A DNA stretch of 64,000 nt, from assembly GCA_043228905.1 (NCBI GenBank), contig JBHGNT010000011.1:10416001-10480000 (forward strand), given 5' to 3'. A model generated the notes under the pieces. That model was not told the DNA's origin, made no database searches, and saw only the letters and a list, made by a program, of their open reading frames with translations. Of this stretch, positions 1 through 11,772 are shown in pieces (the stretch's first letter is position 1; every line of letters begins with the position of its first letter). This stretch comes from Azolla caroliniana (taxonomy: Eukaryota; Plantae; Polypodiophyta). The position numbers and the translations under genes are program-made.

Positions 1-559
1 CGATATGCCTTCTTGTGGCTGAGTACTCACCGAAGTACGCCTTCATCTTTGATGCCGGGGGTATGTCGACCTCATGGTCCCCTCCCCGTTGCAGGTCCAA
101 AACAGCCTAAAGCACGTTGTTGGTGATGGCTTCGGGACTTATACATTTCACCACAGTTTGGGCATCTAGGTGCGCGGGGGCATCGATGATCCTCAGGTAA
201 CCGCCCATTCCTCGTTCCTGGAGCCAGGCGCGAGTTTCTGTTGAGCCGGTAAGAGGCATGGTGGAGATGGAGGCTGGGTTCGATTGTGTGGAAGCGTGAA
301 GCAAAGTGATGAGGCAAGGGCGAGCCACAGGAGGGACAACAGGAAGGGGAAGTCCAGCAGAGAGGTTATGAGAGCGGAAGAGGGCTTGAGAGCAAGAGCG
401 CTTCGCGTGTTGAGAGCGAGATGGGGTTTCTGATCTTGAGAGCAATGGAGATGGAGAGCGATAATGGTCTGTGCTGCGTTTTGGAAATGGTTTTGGTAAC
501 TTATTCCTAGGGTTTTGTGCCTGCAGCGAATCCTGAAGATTCTGAGTCGTGGGTGCCAT
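1..559 (-). pseudogene. Extra ORF downstream of integrase in element A (unknown function; one in-frame stop at 107; runs off the window)
   Basis: ORF 107..559 starts with ATG about 230 bp after the INT stop; the frame appears to continue past the stop (AVLDLQRGGDHEVDIPPASKMKAYFGEY). Confidence 0.5.
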
Positions 560-791
560 AATAAGTGACTAGCACCATGTGTCCTGAAGGTGAGTGGGGT
601 GCTTCTAGTGTGCTTGGCATGTGGTTTGCATGTGTGAACAGCTTAAATAGGTACTAACTGAGTGGTGGCGAGGGGTGCTCCTAAAATTGGGGTGCCTAGG
701 TGGGTGGTGTAGGTGTAGCTAAACAGTGGCTAAACTATGGTTAATCCTACCTACTACTACTTTTATTAATTTCAAGAAGGTGGGTGAGTCC

Positions 792-2399
792 TTATTCAGG
801 GGGACACGTGGCATCCTCCGTGGTGATCTCCCGAGTCTCGTTGGTGTCGTGTGGCTTGGTAAACGGGTTGGGTGGTGTAGTCCCTCGATATGGTCTAAGC
901 CGAAACCCATTGGCCCAGCTTTTGACCGTAACGCCGGCAAGTGTGCCGAGCTGGAATGTCCCGTTGAACTCGTCGATAATCCAGAATGGACCGGTCCACC
1001 GAAATCTTAATTTTCCCGGCATTGACCCGAGTCGTGTTTGAAAAAGAAGAACTGGTTTGCCGATGGTGAGCTCCTTCTCCAGCCCATGTCGATGTCGATC
1101 CACGAAAGCCTTGCGTTTCCGTTGGCGTTGTTCGAGCTGGGCCATACTCTCTATCCTTTCTTCCCCGAGTTCGAGGAGTTGTTCCAGCCGGTATTGCTCG
1201 GATTCGGCCTCAAGGAGCCGTGCTTTGACTTGAACTCGGAGGCTCGGAACTTGGAACTTGACGGGCATTACGGCTTCTAACCCGAACGCCATTCGAAAGG
1301 GGGTTGATTGGATGCTTGTTTTGAAAGTCGTACGATACGCCCACAGCGCGCTCTGGAGTTTGTCATCCCAATCGGTCCTGTTTTCATTGACGATCTTCTT
1401 CAGTATGGTTTGGAGGATTTTATTTGTTGATTCTGCCAAGCCGTTCGCCTGCGGGTAGTATGGTGTGCTTTTCTTGTGCACCACCGCGTAGTGGTGTGTA
1501 AGCTCACGTATTATATGATTGATGAAGTGCCCACCTTGGTCACTAACGAGCTCGATTGGACATCCGTAACGGCACCAGCGGTGCTCGTACACAAATTTAG
1601 CCGTGGATGCCGCCGTGTTATCTCGGACTGCCTTAGCCTCGACCCATTTGGTGCAGTAATCTGTGGCAACGATAATATATCTATTCCCTGTTCGGGCCGC
1701 GGGTGGTTTGAAAGGGCCTACAAAATCCAAACCCCATTTTTGAAATGGGTCCAACGGAAGAATTGGCTGGTGTGGCATTCGTGACTGATCCATTGGTTGC
1801 CCCAGTCATTGGCACAAATCGCACTGCCTGCAAAATTCGTGAGCGTCTTTCTTCGTTGTTGGCCACCATAATCCACTTTGCCAAACTTTCATTGCCGTTG
1901 AATCCCCGGCGTAGTGTCCCCCAGCTACTCCCTGGTGGGCTTCCTGAAGAACGGCGTTCTTCTCGAACTGCCGAATCGCTCGGCGCCATATGCCGTCCGA
2001 GCCTTTGTGGTAGAGAATGTCTGAGACGAGGCAAAAATTCCGGCTACGCACTGCTAGGCGTTTCCTCGTGTCAAGGGTCATGTGCTCGGGAGGTACACCG
2101 GTAGTGAGAAAATGGGTCATCTCCGTGATCCATTCATCTCCGTTATCGTCTGGTACCGTGGTCAGGTTAAATAGGCTGGCGTCCGGTAACTCGTCATACG
2201 TTGTTTTCGCCGGTTCTCCTGACTCGAGACAGCTCAAGTAGTCGGCGACGACATGTTGTACCCCGGGTCGATGCTGAATCTGAAAATCAAACTCTTGTAG
2301 TACGAGCATCCACCGAGCCAACCGTCCGGTGAGGGCTTGTTTATTGAACAAATAAATAAGGGCCGAGTGATCCACGTGAAAGGTAAATTTTCGGCCCAA
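792..2399 (-). pseudogene. pol: Gypsy A RNase H C-terminus and integrase (HHCC, DDE core, GPF/SH3-like C-terminus), interrupted by a stop near 1806
   Basis: ORFs 1806..2399 (AHQGVAGGHY..CRQCDLCQ) and 792..1793 (WGLDFVGP, VSDQGGHF, PQANGLAE, WTGPF). Confidence 0.92.
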
Positions 2400-4986
2400 G
2401 AGGTAATTTATTGATGCTATAAATCATACCGAGGGCCTCCCGCTTGGTGGTGGAGTAATTCTTTTCCGCGGTCGAGAGCCGTCGGCTGGCGTAGTACACG
2501 GGCCTATACCAATTCGGGGGTGTGCATTGTATTAGAGCACTTCCGATGGCGATGTCCGAAGCATCCACGAAGACATGAAACGGTTCGGACCGAACCGGAG
2601 ACTGGACCACCGGGGCATGTGACAACATTCGTTTGAGGGTCTGATAGGCCGTGTCCTCGACTGACGTCCATTGGAAAGGAAGGCGATGGACTGCCGCGTG
2701 TAAGGGTGTCGCGAAATCGGCCAAGTGTCGTATCATTCGGCTGTGCCACCAGATTTGTCCCAAAAAACGGCTTAGTGCCTTAGCGTTCGAGGGTGCGATG
2801 GCCTCCAGGATTGCCTTTACTTTATCCGGGTCCATAGCGATGCCTTCTTGACTAACAATGTGGCCGAGAAGGTTGTCGCTGGTGACTAAGAATGCGCATT
2901 TCTCCGGGTTTAAACTCAATCGAGCTTGGCGACATCGGTCCAGGTAGAGTCGTAATTGGGTCATGTGTTCCCGTCGATGGCCATACACGGCGAAATCGTC
3001 GAGAAAAACTTGCATGAACGCCGGGATGTAGTCATGAAAGATTTCAGTGATGATGCGCTGGAATGTAGCCGGTGCTGTTTTTAGACCGAACATCATAACT
3101 TCTGCTACAAAAACACCCCATTCTGTGACGAAAGCGGTTTTCTCCTGATCCTCCGGGTGCATTCTTATCTGGTTATAGCCGCTGAACCCGTCGAGGAAAC
3201 TGTAGCATTCGTGGCCGGCTACCGTGTCGAGGACGCTATCCGTGAATGGGAGAGGGAAACCGTCGGTGACTGTTGCCGCCTTAAGCTTCCGATAGTCGAC
3301 GCAGACGTAGATTTTTCCATTCTTCTTTGGGACCACTACGATCGGGCTCAACCATGTAGCCCATTTAATAGGGCGAATGAAGCCCACTCGGAGTAACTTG
3401 TCAATTTCCTCTTTGACTTTAGCGGCGTAGTTGGGGTTCATCCTGTAGTGCCTCTGCTGAACCGGCCGAGTGTCGGGTAAGATGTGAATTTGATGTTGGT
3501 AGTATTGAGGATCCAGCCCCTTCATATCGGTGTAAGACCAAGTGAAAACATCCTGGTAGTCGGTGAGTAATTTTACGAGGCATGCCCGTTCGCCGGTTGG
3601 TAGATTATTGGCAATTTGTACCGTACGGGGATTCTCGTCCGAACCGAGGTTTATTGTTTCCAGGGTTGATGCTTTCACTCGTTGTGAAACGGCGAGTTTG
3701 TGTTCGAAAGCCTCCCGAGCATGACGTAGCTCAGCAACTGTGGTTGCATCGGGTTCATCCTGGGGTGGTGACTCCTCCGTGACTTCCTCGTCTTTAGATG
3801 GCTCGATGGTTGGTAAGGCATTGATTTCGAAGAGAGGAATGATCGTGGGATGATCATCTAGGAAGTCATCGACCTCCTCATCGGCCAATCCGTCGAGCAT
3901 ATGGACCCCTTCCGCGCATAACGGCGAAGTGTTGAGGGCGACGGGGACTCGTTCTTCAGTGATGATCCGGACTTTTGTCTTCCCTCTTCGGAACGAGATC
4001 ATGTTGTGTTGCCAATGTTGCTTGATATTCGTTGTACGCAACCACGGTCGACCTAGTAACATTGGGTAGGCGCCTTGTGTCTCCAGTCGTAGCACGACGG
4101 CCGAGATCGTGAACATGTGGCCTCCGAGTGTGAAGTCGAGATGGCGGATTAAACCAATGGGGCGAATGGAGCGGGTGTCAGCCATCCGAAGCCAAAAGGG
4201 GCATGGTTCCCATTGATTCAGGCCGAGTTTGAGACACGTTGATTCACTAATAACGTTTACGCCGGAACCGCCGTCGATGATGCATCCGTGCAGGTCTTGT
4301 CCCTTAATGATGATTCCCACGGCTGGGTTCTGAGAATCCATGAGTGGTGGACCGGTACCTGCTTCGGTGAGGTGTACCGGTGGTGTCACGGTCTTAGTAT
4401 TGGCTTGTAGTGCCGCCAGGGTGTCCCGAAATCTCGGCATGAGTGGTAGCAGTTTATGTAGGGGCAGCGAGATGCGGGAATTGGTAAGCACATCCCATAG
4501 CTGGTCGTCCTCTGACGACGTGGGTGGTGCCGGGGTTTGTGGTACTTCACTGGGCCCGTCCCTCATGTCAGTTTGCATGGGTGCGGCATTATTTTTATTG
4601 GCCGTGTCGACCCATTCTTTTGCTGCCTGTCGTACTTCATCCTGGATTTGCCACTGAGTAGTCCGCGCTTTACTCCGAGTAGTGACCGTTTGAACATCGG
4701 CCATGATACTGTTTACCGCGGGTGCCTTGCCATGGTTGGTTGTCGGACATTGCGTGGCGTAGTGGCCTGGTTGGTTACATTTAAAACATGTCACGTTGGC
4801 CGAGTTGCTGGTGTCCGCTCGGTCTGTGTGTGGAAGCTGTTGTTGTTGATCCTCGGTCTCGTTTGGTGGTGGGTTGTTCCGAGGTGCGTTGGAGTTGCGC
4901 TGGTCATGTTGAGGAGCGTCCCGTCGGCGGTTGTGATTAGGTCTTCTGTTGTTGCGTGTGTTGCGATTTCCGTTTCGCCGATCCAT
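2341..4986 (-). pseudogene. pol: Gypsy A zinc knuckle-protease-RT-RNase H, frameshifted relative to INT
   Basis: CFKCNQPGHYATQC, IIDGGSGVN, VCVDYRKL, FLDGFSGYNQI, VFLDDF, VFVDASDIAIG. Confidence 0.93.
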
Positions 4987-5166
4987 GCGTGAGTTCCTTC
5001 AGTCATACCGATCATCGCAATCATCATCGTATCGAGCATAATCGTCATGCCGGTCATCGCGATAATAATCACGACGATTATCACGTTGGTCATGTTGGTA
5101 GTCGTCGTTTCGGCGCCATCGCTCCGGGGAGCGCGGTTGGTCGTTATCCTGGTCGCGGTAGATATA

Positions 5167-6071
5167 TCACTCGTCTTGCCGAGAGTATGTATTTCGTGGC
5201 TCGATCTGGCGGACCGGTGCCGCCGTTGTGCGGTTCAGCATATTATATTCGCACTGCTCGACCGTGTGAACTCGAGACTGACAGATCGAACACTGTGGTC
5301 GGTGGGGACATTCGAGGGCCAAGTGTCCTGATCCTAAACACGCAGTGCATTGGAGGGCTTGGCGAAAGCAATTGTCCTCTTGGGGAAGAGCGTTTTGCAA
5401 GGATGTCATCGAGAAGGCCGTGCCGTGCTGATTCCGATCGAGGGCGAGAACGCGCGCTATGACTTGTTCGATAGTATGGTCGGTGAAATTTGTAAGTGCG
5501 AGAGTCGTTCGTAGAGGCTCTCGTAAACTGGATAGGAAAGTGTCCGGTATATGTTGTGCCGAGACATCATTGGCCACTTGTCTGTAGAGATCTTGGAACC
5601 GGATCGTGAACTGCGCGACCGTTTTGTGCGGTTCCTGGCATATAGAGAAGAATTGTCGTAGCTGTTCCTGTTTAGGCACCTCGTGATGAAAAAGTTCAAG
5701 GAACTTTGTGCGCACGATTTGGAAAGTGGTGGCCTCTCCTATTTCGAGAGGAGAGTACCATCGTGCGGCCGGTCCCTCGAGGGAGAGTGTGAACTCGGCA
5801 ATCTTCGAGGCATCGATTTCGGCCGGTGTGAGGCGGTGCGTGGAGTGGTTAGCCTGCCACGTGGATATGAAGGCACGGACATGTGACTCCGTGTCAGGTC
5901 TGTCGGCATATCATGGGTATGGGTACGACATGATGTCGTACTTGTGGTTCTTCTGGTAGCACCGGAAAAGGGTTTAGTTCCGGTTGATTGACCTCCGGAG
6001 GGCTCGACGGGGGCTCTGGTGGTGAATCCACTCGCGATTGAGTGTCCGGTGGCGAGGATTGCACTGGACAA
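5167..6071 (-). pseudogene. gag: Gypsy A gag (capsid plus two zinc knuckles), frameshifted
   Basis: ORF 5167..5715 with QEPHKTVAQFTIRFQDL, CTACLGSGHLALEC and CSICQSRVHTVEQC. Confidence 0.8.
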
Positions 6072-6238
6072 GCCTCTGATTGATCGGGAAAGGATTGGTC
6101 AGTGACCTCCGAGTCGGAAGTTCCTTCGATTGGCTCAGGGCGTCGGGCAGGTGGCCGAGACCTCGTGGTGCGAGAGGGCGCCGTAACGGTGGCTGGTGGT
6201 TACCTTCAACGAAGTTCGCTGTGCACTCACAGCTGTAA

Positions 6239-6250
6239 CCGGGCGTGCCA
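6239..6250 (-). promoter_or_regulatory. Primer-binding site of element A (TGGCACGCCCGG)
   Basis: TGG-initiated motif 3 nt inside the LTR end ..TAACACA; cognate tRNA not identified. Confidence 0.65.
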
Positions 6251-6253
6251 AAT

Positions 6254-6716
6254 TGTGTTACCCGTTCCTTTGGGTGAACACCTTCGATAGATCTACGTCT
6301 ATCGGTCTTCAAGGGCGTGGTACGTGAAGGCTCGTACAGAGGCGTCGAGAGAGATACAGGGCTCAGGGAGAAAAAAAAAAACACTAGCGAGGTTTTGATA
6401 GACGTGGCGGCGTGAAACTCATAGGTATAGATCGAAACACAATCTCATGCAGCAAAATAGGCACAATTAAGATATATTACTATGGCAGAAAAGGATTACA
6501 GAACACGGCCTATGGCCGGTGACCTTACAAGTTTATCTAATTCGAATGACTAAGCTAGTGCTTCCACCTATAATTTTCTTCTCTCCCTTTCTGAGGTACC
6601 GCTCCTCGTTTAAATAACTTTTCCCCTAACACACAACCGAGCCATCGGGGGCTTGTGATACTCGGACTCGGCGTTTGCTAATTTCCTAATTTTACATTTC
6701 TGTCCTCTGTACAACA
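6254..6716 (-). repeat. 5' LTR of element A
   Basis: Reads TGTTGTACAG...TAACACA on the minus strand; bounded by the PBS and the Copia-1 LTR. Confidence 0.75.
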
Positions 6717-6896
6717 AGAATCATATTCTATGACACATAACTTAAGAGCTTTCACATTTCCCATGCTCCATGAGTCTTGTAGTTAATGAAGAGAGAGTGT
6801 GACTATATAAAGCATCCTCCTCCCACCTTGTATTAAGTTGAGTCTTTCTCCTTTGTTAATACAATCTACCTTGCATATTCTCTGTGTGTTATTCCT

Positions 6897-6941
<45 letters not shown>

Positions 6942-6999
6942 CACACATATAACTCATATCTCTTCCGCTCCACAAGAATCCATCTGTTGATTCTTTACA
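6717..6999 (+). repeat. 3' part of the Copia-1 5' LTR (split by element A)
   Basis: Aligns to about 23852-24124; TATATAAA; ends CTTTACA. Confidence 0.9.
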
Positions 7000-7011
7000 T
7001 GGTATCAGAGC
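7000..7011 (+). promoter_or_regulatory. tRNA-iMet PBS of Copia-1
   Basis: TGGTATCAGAGC immediately after the LTR CA. Confidence 0.95.
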
Positions 7012-7158
7012 GATTTGGTAGTTCGATCTAGCCCATTCGCCTCATCATGATCATGTGTTGTGCTCTACGCCGACGACCAAGAACCGGCTCATCGCTATCG
7101 TAACTTCGCTACATAGCTCACATTCGAAGAGAGAAGAAGAAGAAGAAGAATCGACATA

Positions 7159-9495
7159 ATGAATACTCAAATGGGGAGCGCTCTCCCTACCGAGAAGTTG
7201 GATCGAAACAACTTGGCATCTTGGGAGTACAAGATGCACCAATACCTTGTCGGACAAGGCTATTGGAGCTACATCAAAGGAGCGCATGAAGACCGACCCG
7301 CCGAAGCGGCTCCCGGATACGCGACATGGGAGCAAGCCGCAAGCCGCAAGACGCATGATGTATTACTTGGCGACATGTGTTCACGATCACATGCTCGGCT
7401 ACATTCACGAAGCCAAGATGCCGAAGGAGGCATGGGAAAATCTACGAAAGATTTTCGCGGCAAACACAACCACAAGAAGGATTCAACTCCACCAAGAGTT
7501 GAACAACATTCAACGAAGGGACATGTCCATCACGACATACACCTCGAAGATCAAGGAGCTTTGCGATTCGCTCGACTCAATATGCATAAATATCGATGAT
7601 GATGAGATGGTTCAAATATGCCTCGGCGGCCTCGCACCACGGTTCGGCGCAATGCGAACCGCCGTTCTAGCACAGGAGAAATCTCCCTCCTTCTTCGAGC
7701 TCCAATCAATGCTAGTGGTCGAAGAAAACCACGTCGGAAGGCCACATGCTCTACACGCACTGGAACGGAGGAAGAGGACGTGGACGGTCAAGAGGCTGAT
7801 TCGGCCAAGGACAAGGCGGACGAGGTCCGACCTACGATAACAACTCCCAATTTCGGCCGCAAAACGGAAGCCCACGAGGAACTTTCTCAAGAAGGGGGAG
7901 CTTCCACTCCGGCCCGAGCTGTCAAAACGCAACCGAATGCGGATATTGTAGAAAGCTGAGCCACCACGAAGAAGAGTGCCGAAAGAAGATGTGTGAATCG
8001 GCTTCCACAAGCCGACAACGCACGAATTACGCGCACAATTCCGACTACGAAGAGTATAGCGGAATGTACGGGAACAACTCCAACTACGAAGATCGTGGCG
8101 GAATGTATGCACGCAACTCCGACCGTGGCGGAATGTTCATGATGAAACATAGAGAAAATTCCGACTACGAAGAGTATAGCGGAATGTACGGGAACAACTC
8201 CGACTACGAAGATCGTGGCGGAATGTATGCACGCAACTCCGACCGTGGCGGAATGTTCATGATGAAACATAGAGCAAACTCTATGTCGGCCTCTACCTCA
8301 ACTAGTGCCCTCAATCCGGAGGACGTATGGTTTGTTGACTCTAGAGCCTCAAACCATATGACATCCCATAAAGAATGGTTTCTCGAACTTCGAGAGCCAG
8401 AGCGACCCGGTTATGTCGAAACCGGAGATGACATTAGGCACCCGATTTGGCACATCGGCAATGTTCCATTCGGCGAAAGAGGTAAGCAAACATACATTAA
8501 AAATGTCTTCCATGTTCCCACCATCACAAAGAATTTGATCTCGGTCGGCCAAATGGTTGAGCAAGGGATGCAAGTACGATTCGACCAAGAAGGGTGCTTC
8601 ATTGAAAAAGACGGCCGAATCATCGCACGCGGAAGAAGAGAGGGCTGGATGTTCATTCTCGATTCACACAAAATGAAATCCGCCATGTTCGTGAGAAGCA
8701 CGAAAGCCGACTCCGCCATACAGCTATGGCATAAGCGAATCGGCCACATCAATCTCAACAAACTCAAAGCAATGAAATCAAAAGGAGTCGTCATCAGACT
8801 CCCGACATTCAAAGAGAAGGAGATTGAAGGTGTATGTGAAGCATGCCAAATCGGCAAGCAACACCGACACCCATTCCCGAAAGAGCGGAACGTGAGCAAA
8901 GGTTTACTTGACGTAGTCCATTCCGACATATGGGGACCGGTGCAGACGGCTACATTCGGCGGATGCCGATATTACATGCTCTTCATCGATGACTTCACCA
9001 AGCACACTTTGATCTACCCGATGCGGCAAAAGAGCGAAATGTTTGGACACTTCCAAACATTCAAGAATGAAGTCAAGAAATCCACGGGCCGACATGTACG
9101 TTGTCTTCGATTGGATGGCTGCAAGGAGTACTTCTCAGATGATTTCACGGAGTATCTCCGACAGGAAGGAATTCGGCGAGAATTCACTTGCGACACACTC
9201 CGCAACAAAACGGAGTAGCCAAGCGCAAAAATTGGCATATCCTCGAAGTAGTGCGAGCCATGATGAACGAGAAGCATATGCCCAAGTCATATTGGGCCGA
9301 AGCTGCAAATACGGCCGTCTACCTAATGAGCCGATGTACAACATCTGGTGTGCACGAGGTCACTCCGCACGAAAAATACTTCGGAGAGAAGCCGGACTTA
9401 TCACACACCCGGATATTCGGCGCGATAACGTACGTGCACATCCCCGACGAGAAGTGTCAAAAGCTTGACCCGAAGTCGGAAAAATGTATCCTCGT
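7159..9495 (+). pseudogene. Copia-1 gag, protease, GAG-pre-integrase and integrase core (frameshifted)
   Basis: LPTEKLDRNN..WEYKMHQYL; WFVDSRASNHM; LWHKRIGH..CEACQIGK; VHSDIWGP; TPQQNGVA. Confidence 0.9.
8037..8274 (+). repeat. In-frame 120-bp tandem duplication in the Copia-1 gag-protease linker
   Basis: NSDYEEYSGMYGNNS(N/D)YEDRGGMYARNSDRGGMFMMKHR occurs twice. Confidence 0.9.
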
Positions 9496-9805
9496 TGTCG
9501 TGTGAATCTTCACACACTATGTAAAAAAATAATGAAATAATTATTATAGATTAGATTAGTATCTTACTATAGAAAGATGGATATACTCAAAAGCTTCAAA
9601 ACGTATTTTACTATATACAAAATGGAGAAATACATATCAAGTTATGTGAAAATAAAGTTTGAGAAGATAGAAAAATTAAAACTATCCCACATAGATAGGA
9701 AACTTAAGGCCCTAGCTATATAAGCACCTTGAGCTCCCTCATTCTTCATTTGTGCAAAGAGCACTTTGGCCACCTTGTCTTGATAGATGATGGTGGCCAA
9801 ATTCC

Positions 9806-10185
9806 TTAAAACCGTAACTGGAACCGGCCGGCAAGCAAAATCGAAACCGGAACCGGAATCGGCAAGCAATCCGGAAACCGGCCGGTATGCAATCCGGAAA
9901 CCGGCTGGTATGCAAAACTGAAACCGGCCGGCAAGCAAACCGGAACTGGAACGAGTATGCAAACCGGAAACTGGTCGGCAAGCAAAGCCGGAAATCGGCC
10001 GGTAAGCAAAACCGGAATCGGAATCGGCAAGCAAACCGGTACCGACCGGCAAGCAAAACCGGAACTGGAACCAGCCGGCAAGCAAAATCGAAACCGGAAC
10101 CGGAATCGGCAAGCAAACCGGAACCGGCCGGCAAGCAAAACCAGAACCGGAACCGACCGGCAAGCAAAATGGAATCGGCTACCGG
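9806..10185 (+). repeat. GC-rich degenerate tandem array (CCGGCAAGCAAAACCGGAA-like units)
   Basis: Visible reiteration of ccggcaagcaaa / accggaa. Confidence 0.9.
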
Positions 10186-10494
10186 ACGATGTTGGACGCG
10201 GACGGATGAAAGATTGGATCATGCAACAAACTAAAGTAAAGTGAAGAGAACTAAAGTAAAGGCCATGTGGACGCAAGCAACTAAAGAAGGGAGTGCATGG
10301 AAAAAGTAAAGGTCATGTGGACAGTCACATGCAACCAAAAGAAAAAGCTAGGCAACTAAAAGTAGAGGCCATGCAACAAAAAGTGAAAAAGTTATGATCA
10401 AGGGAGAACTCCATTTTTATTCCATTTTTTTTCCTACACTAGGATAGACTCTCCATATTATTATTATTTTTTCTTCTCAACTCCCTTATCTTAG

Positions 10495-10705
10495 GGAAGC
10501 CATAACTCTCGAAAACCCTAAAATTCCCTACGGAAGTGATAACACTCAAAAACCCTAAAATTCCCTACGGAAGCCATAACACTCAAAAACCCTAATCTTC
10601 CCTACGGAAGCCATAATACTCATATAACCTAATCCTAATCTTCCCTACGGAAGCCATAATACTCATATAACCTAATCCTAATCTTCCCTACGGAAGCCAT
10701 ATCTA
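10495..10705 (+). repeat. Tandem array of about 38-45 bp units (TTCCCTACGGAAGCCATAA..AAACCCTAA)
   Basis: About five copies of cctacggaag(cc)ataa. Confidence 0.85.
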
Positions 10706-10931
10706 CCAAAACCCCTAATTTTTCTTTTCTATTAATCTTAGTAAACCTAAAACTTCTAAATCCCAATCTTGGGACATATTGTAATTTCTTTTTCCTTTGT
10801 TAATGAAAATTATTAAATTTCTTCTTTCCGTTATTTGTTAAGAATATAAACGCACGAATGTGATTATCCTCTGGTCCGAGGCCCTAGGGTCCTGCCTCAA
10901 GTTCGCGTATCCTCGTCGTATTTTCGCGACA

Positions 10932-11650
10932 TCGTAGGACACTCACTGCAGCAAAAGGGGTACAAGTGCTACAACCCCTCAACTTGAAAATCTCGAGTAA
11001 GTCGAGACGTCGTTTTTGACGAGTCTGCATCCTGGTATGCACCAGAGATAACTTCGACTCCAACTCCGCTGGACCCGGAATCCGCCAAACAAGAGATAGA
11101 GGATGAAGATTTCCTTATGCGCATGGTCGAAGAAAGTCCGATCACGACCTAACTGAGCGGACCACAAAAGCCTTTGAGCGATCAAAGCACATCACGGCCT
11201 ACCCCGAAGATGGACAAAGGCAAGGTGAAAATGGTGGAATACGCAGACGATCGCTTCGATGCTGATGAGTCGACTCACTCACTCGACAGTGAGTTCGGCG
11301 GTTTCGAGGTACCAATCGGAGCTAAGAAAGCCCTCATCTTTACAAATGAAAAGCTCCGCTGATCCACCCGTGAAAAGAACCCCGTAAGCCGATTCGGCTA
11401 CAACAATTATATGGCGTACCATTACGCCTTTATGATGAAGGTAGCAACAATATGGGAGCCGGAAACCTTTCCTGAAGCCGTGAAGGACCCGCGATGGATC
11501 GAAGTAATGAACGAGGAGATGCAGGCACTACGCAAGAACGAGACGTGGGATCTCATTCCCACCTCACCACACAGAAAGTCGATTGGATGCAGATGGATTT
11601 ACAAAGTGAAGTACAACGCCGATGGTTCCGTCAACCGCTACAAAGCGCGA
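10932..11650 (+). pseudogene. Copia-1 integrase C-terminus, linker and RT start
   Basis: SRDVVFDES; EPETFPEAVKDPRW; IGCRWIYKVKYNADGSVNRYKAR. Confidence 0.9.
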
Positions 11651-11709
11651 TGTCGCGTTGTTATGCTCGTGCGTGGAGAAAGAGGCGGGACCACGGGGGT
11701 CTCGGACCA

Positions 11710-11772
<63 letters not shown>

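Larger units (their letters stand above)
1..6716 (-). mobile_element. Ty3/gypsy LTR retrotransposon A (non-chromovirus type); 3' end lies beyond the left edge; inserted into the 5' LTR of Copia-1
   Basis: gag-PR-RT-RH-INT order on the minus strand; TG..CA LTR at 6254-6716 followed by a PBS; the Copia-1 LTR resumes at 6717. Confidence 0.9.
9496..10931 (+). mobile_element. Solo LTR S1 (TGTCG..CGACA superfamily) with internal tandem arrays
   Basis: Termini TGTCGTGTGAA / TTCGCGACA; 4-bp TSD TCGT at 9492-9495 and 10932-10935; removal restores integrase KCILVGHSLQQKGYKCY. Confidence 0.85.

Noticed and set aside
9642-10276. Several 95-173 aa ORFs on both strands
   Set aside because: Artefacts of a stop-poor tandem array.
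9806-10705. Possible CRISPR-like arrays
   Set aside because: Units are degenerate tandem repeats without unique spacers, inside an LTR-like element in eukaryotic TE DNA; no cas genes.
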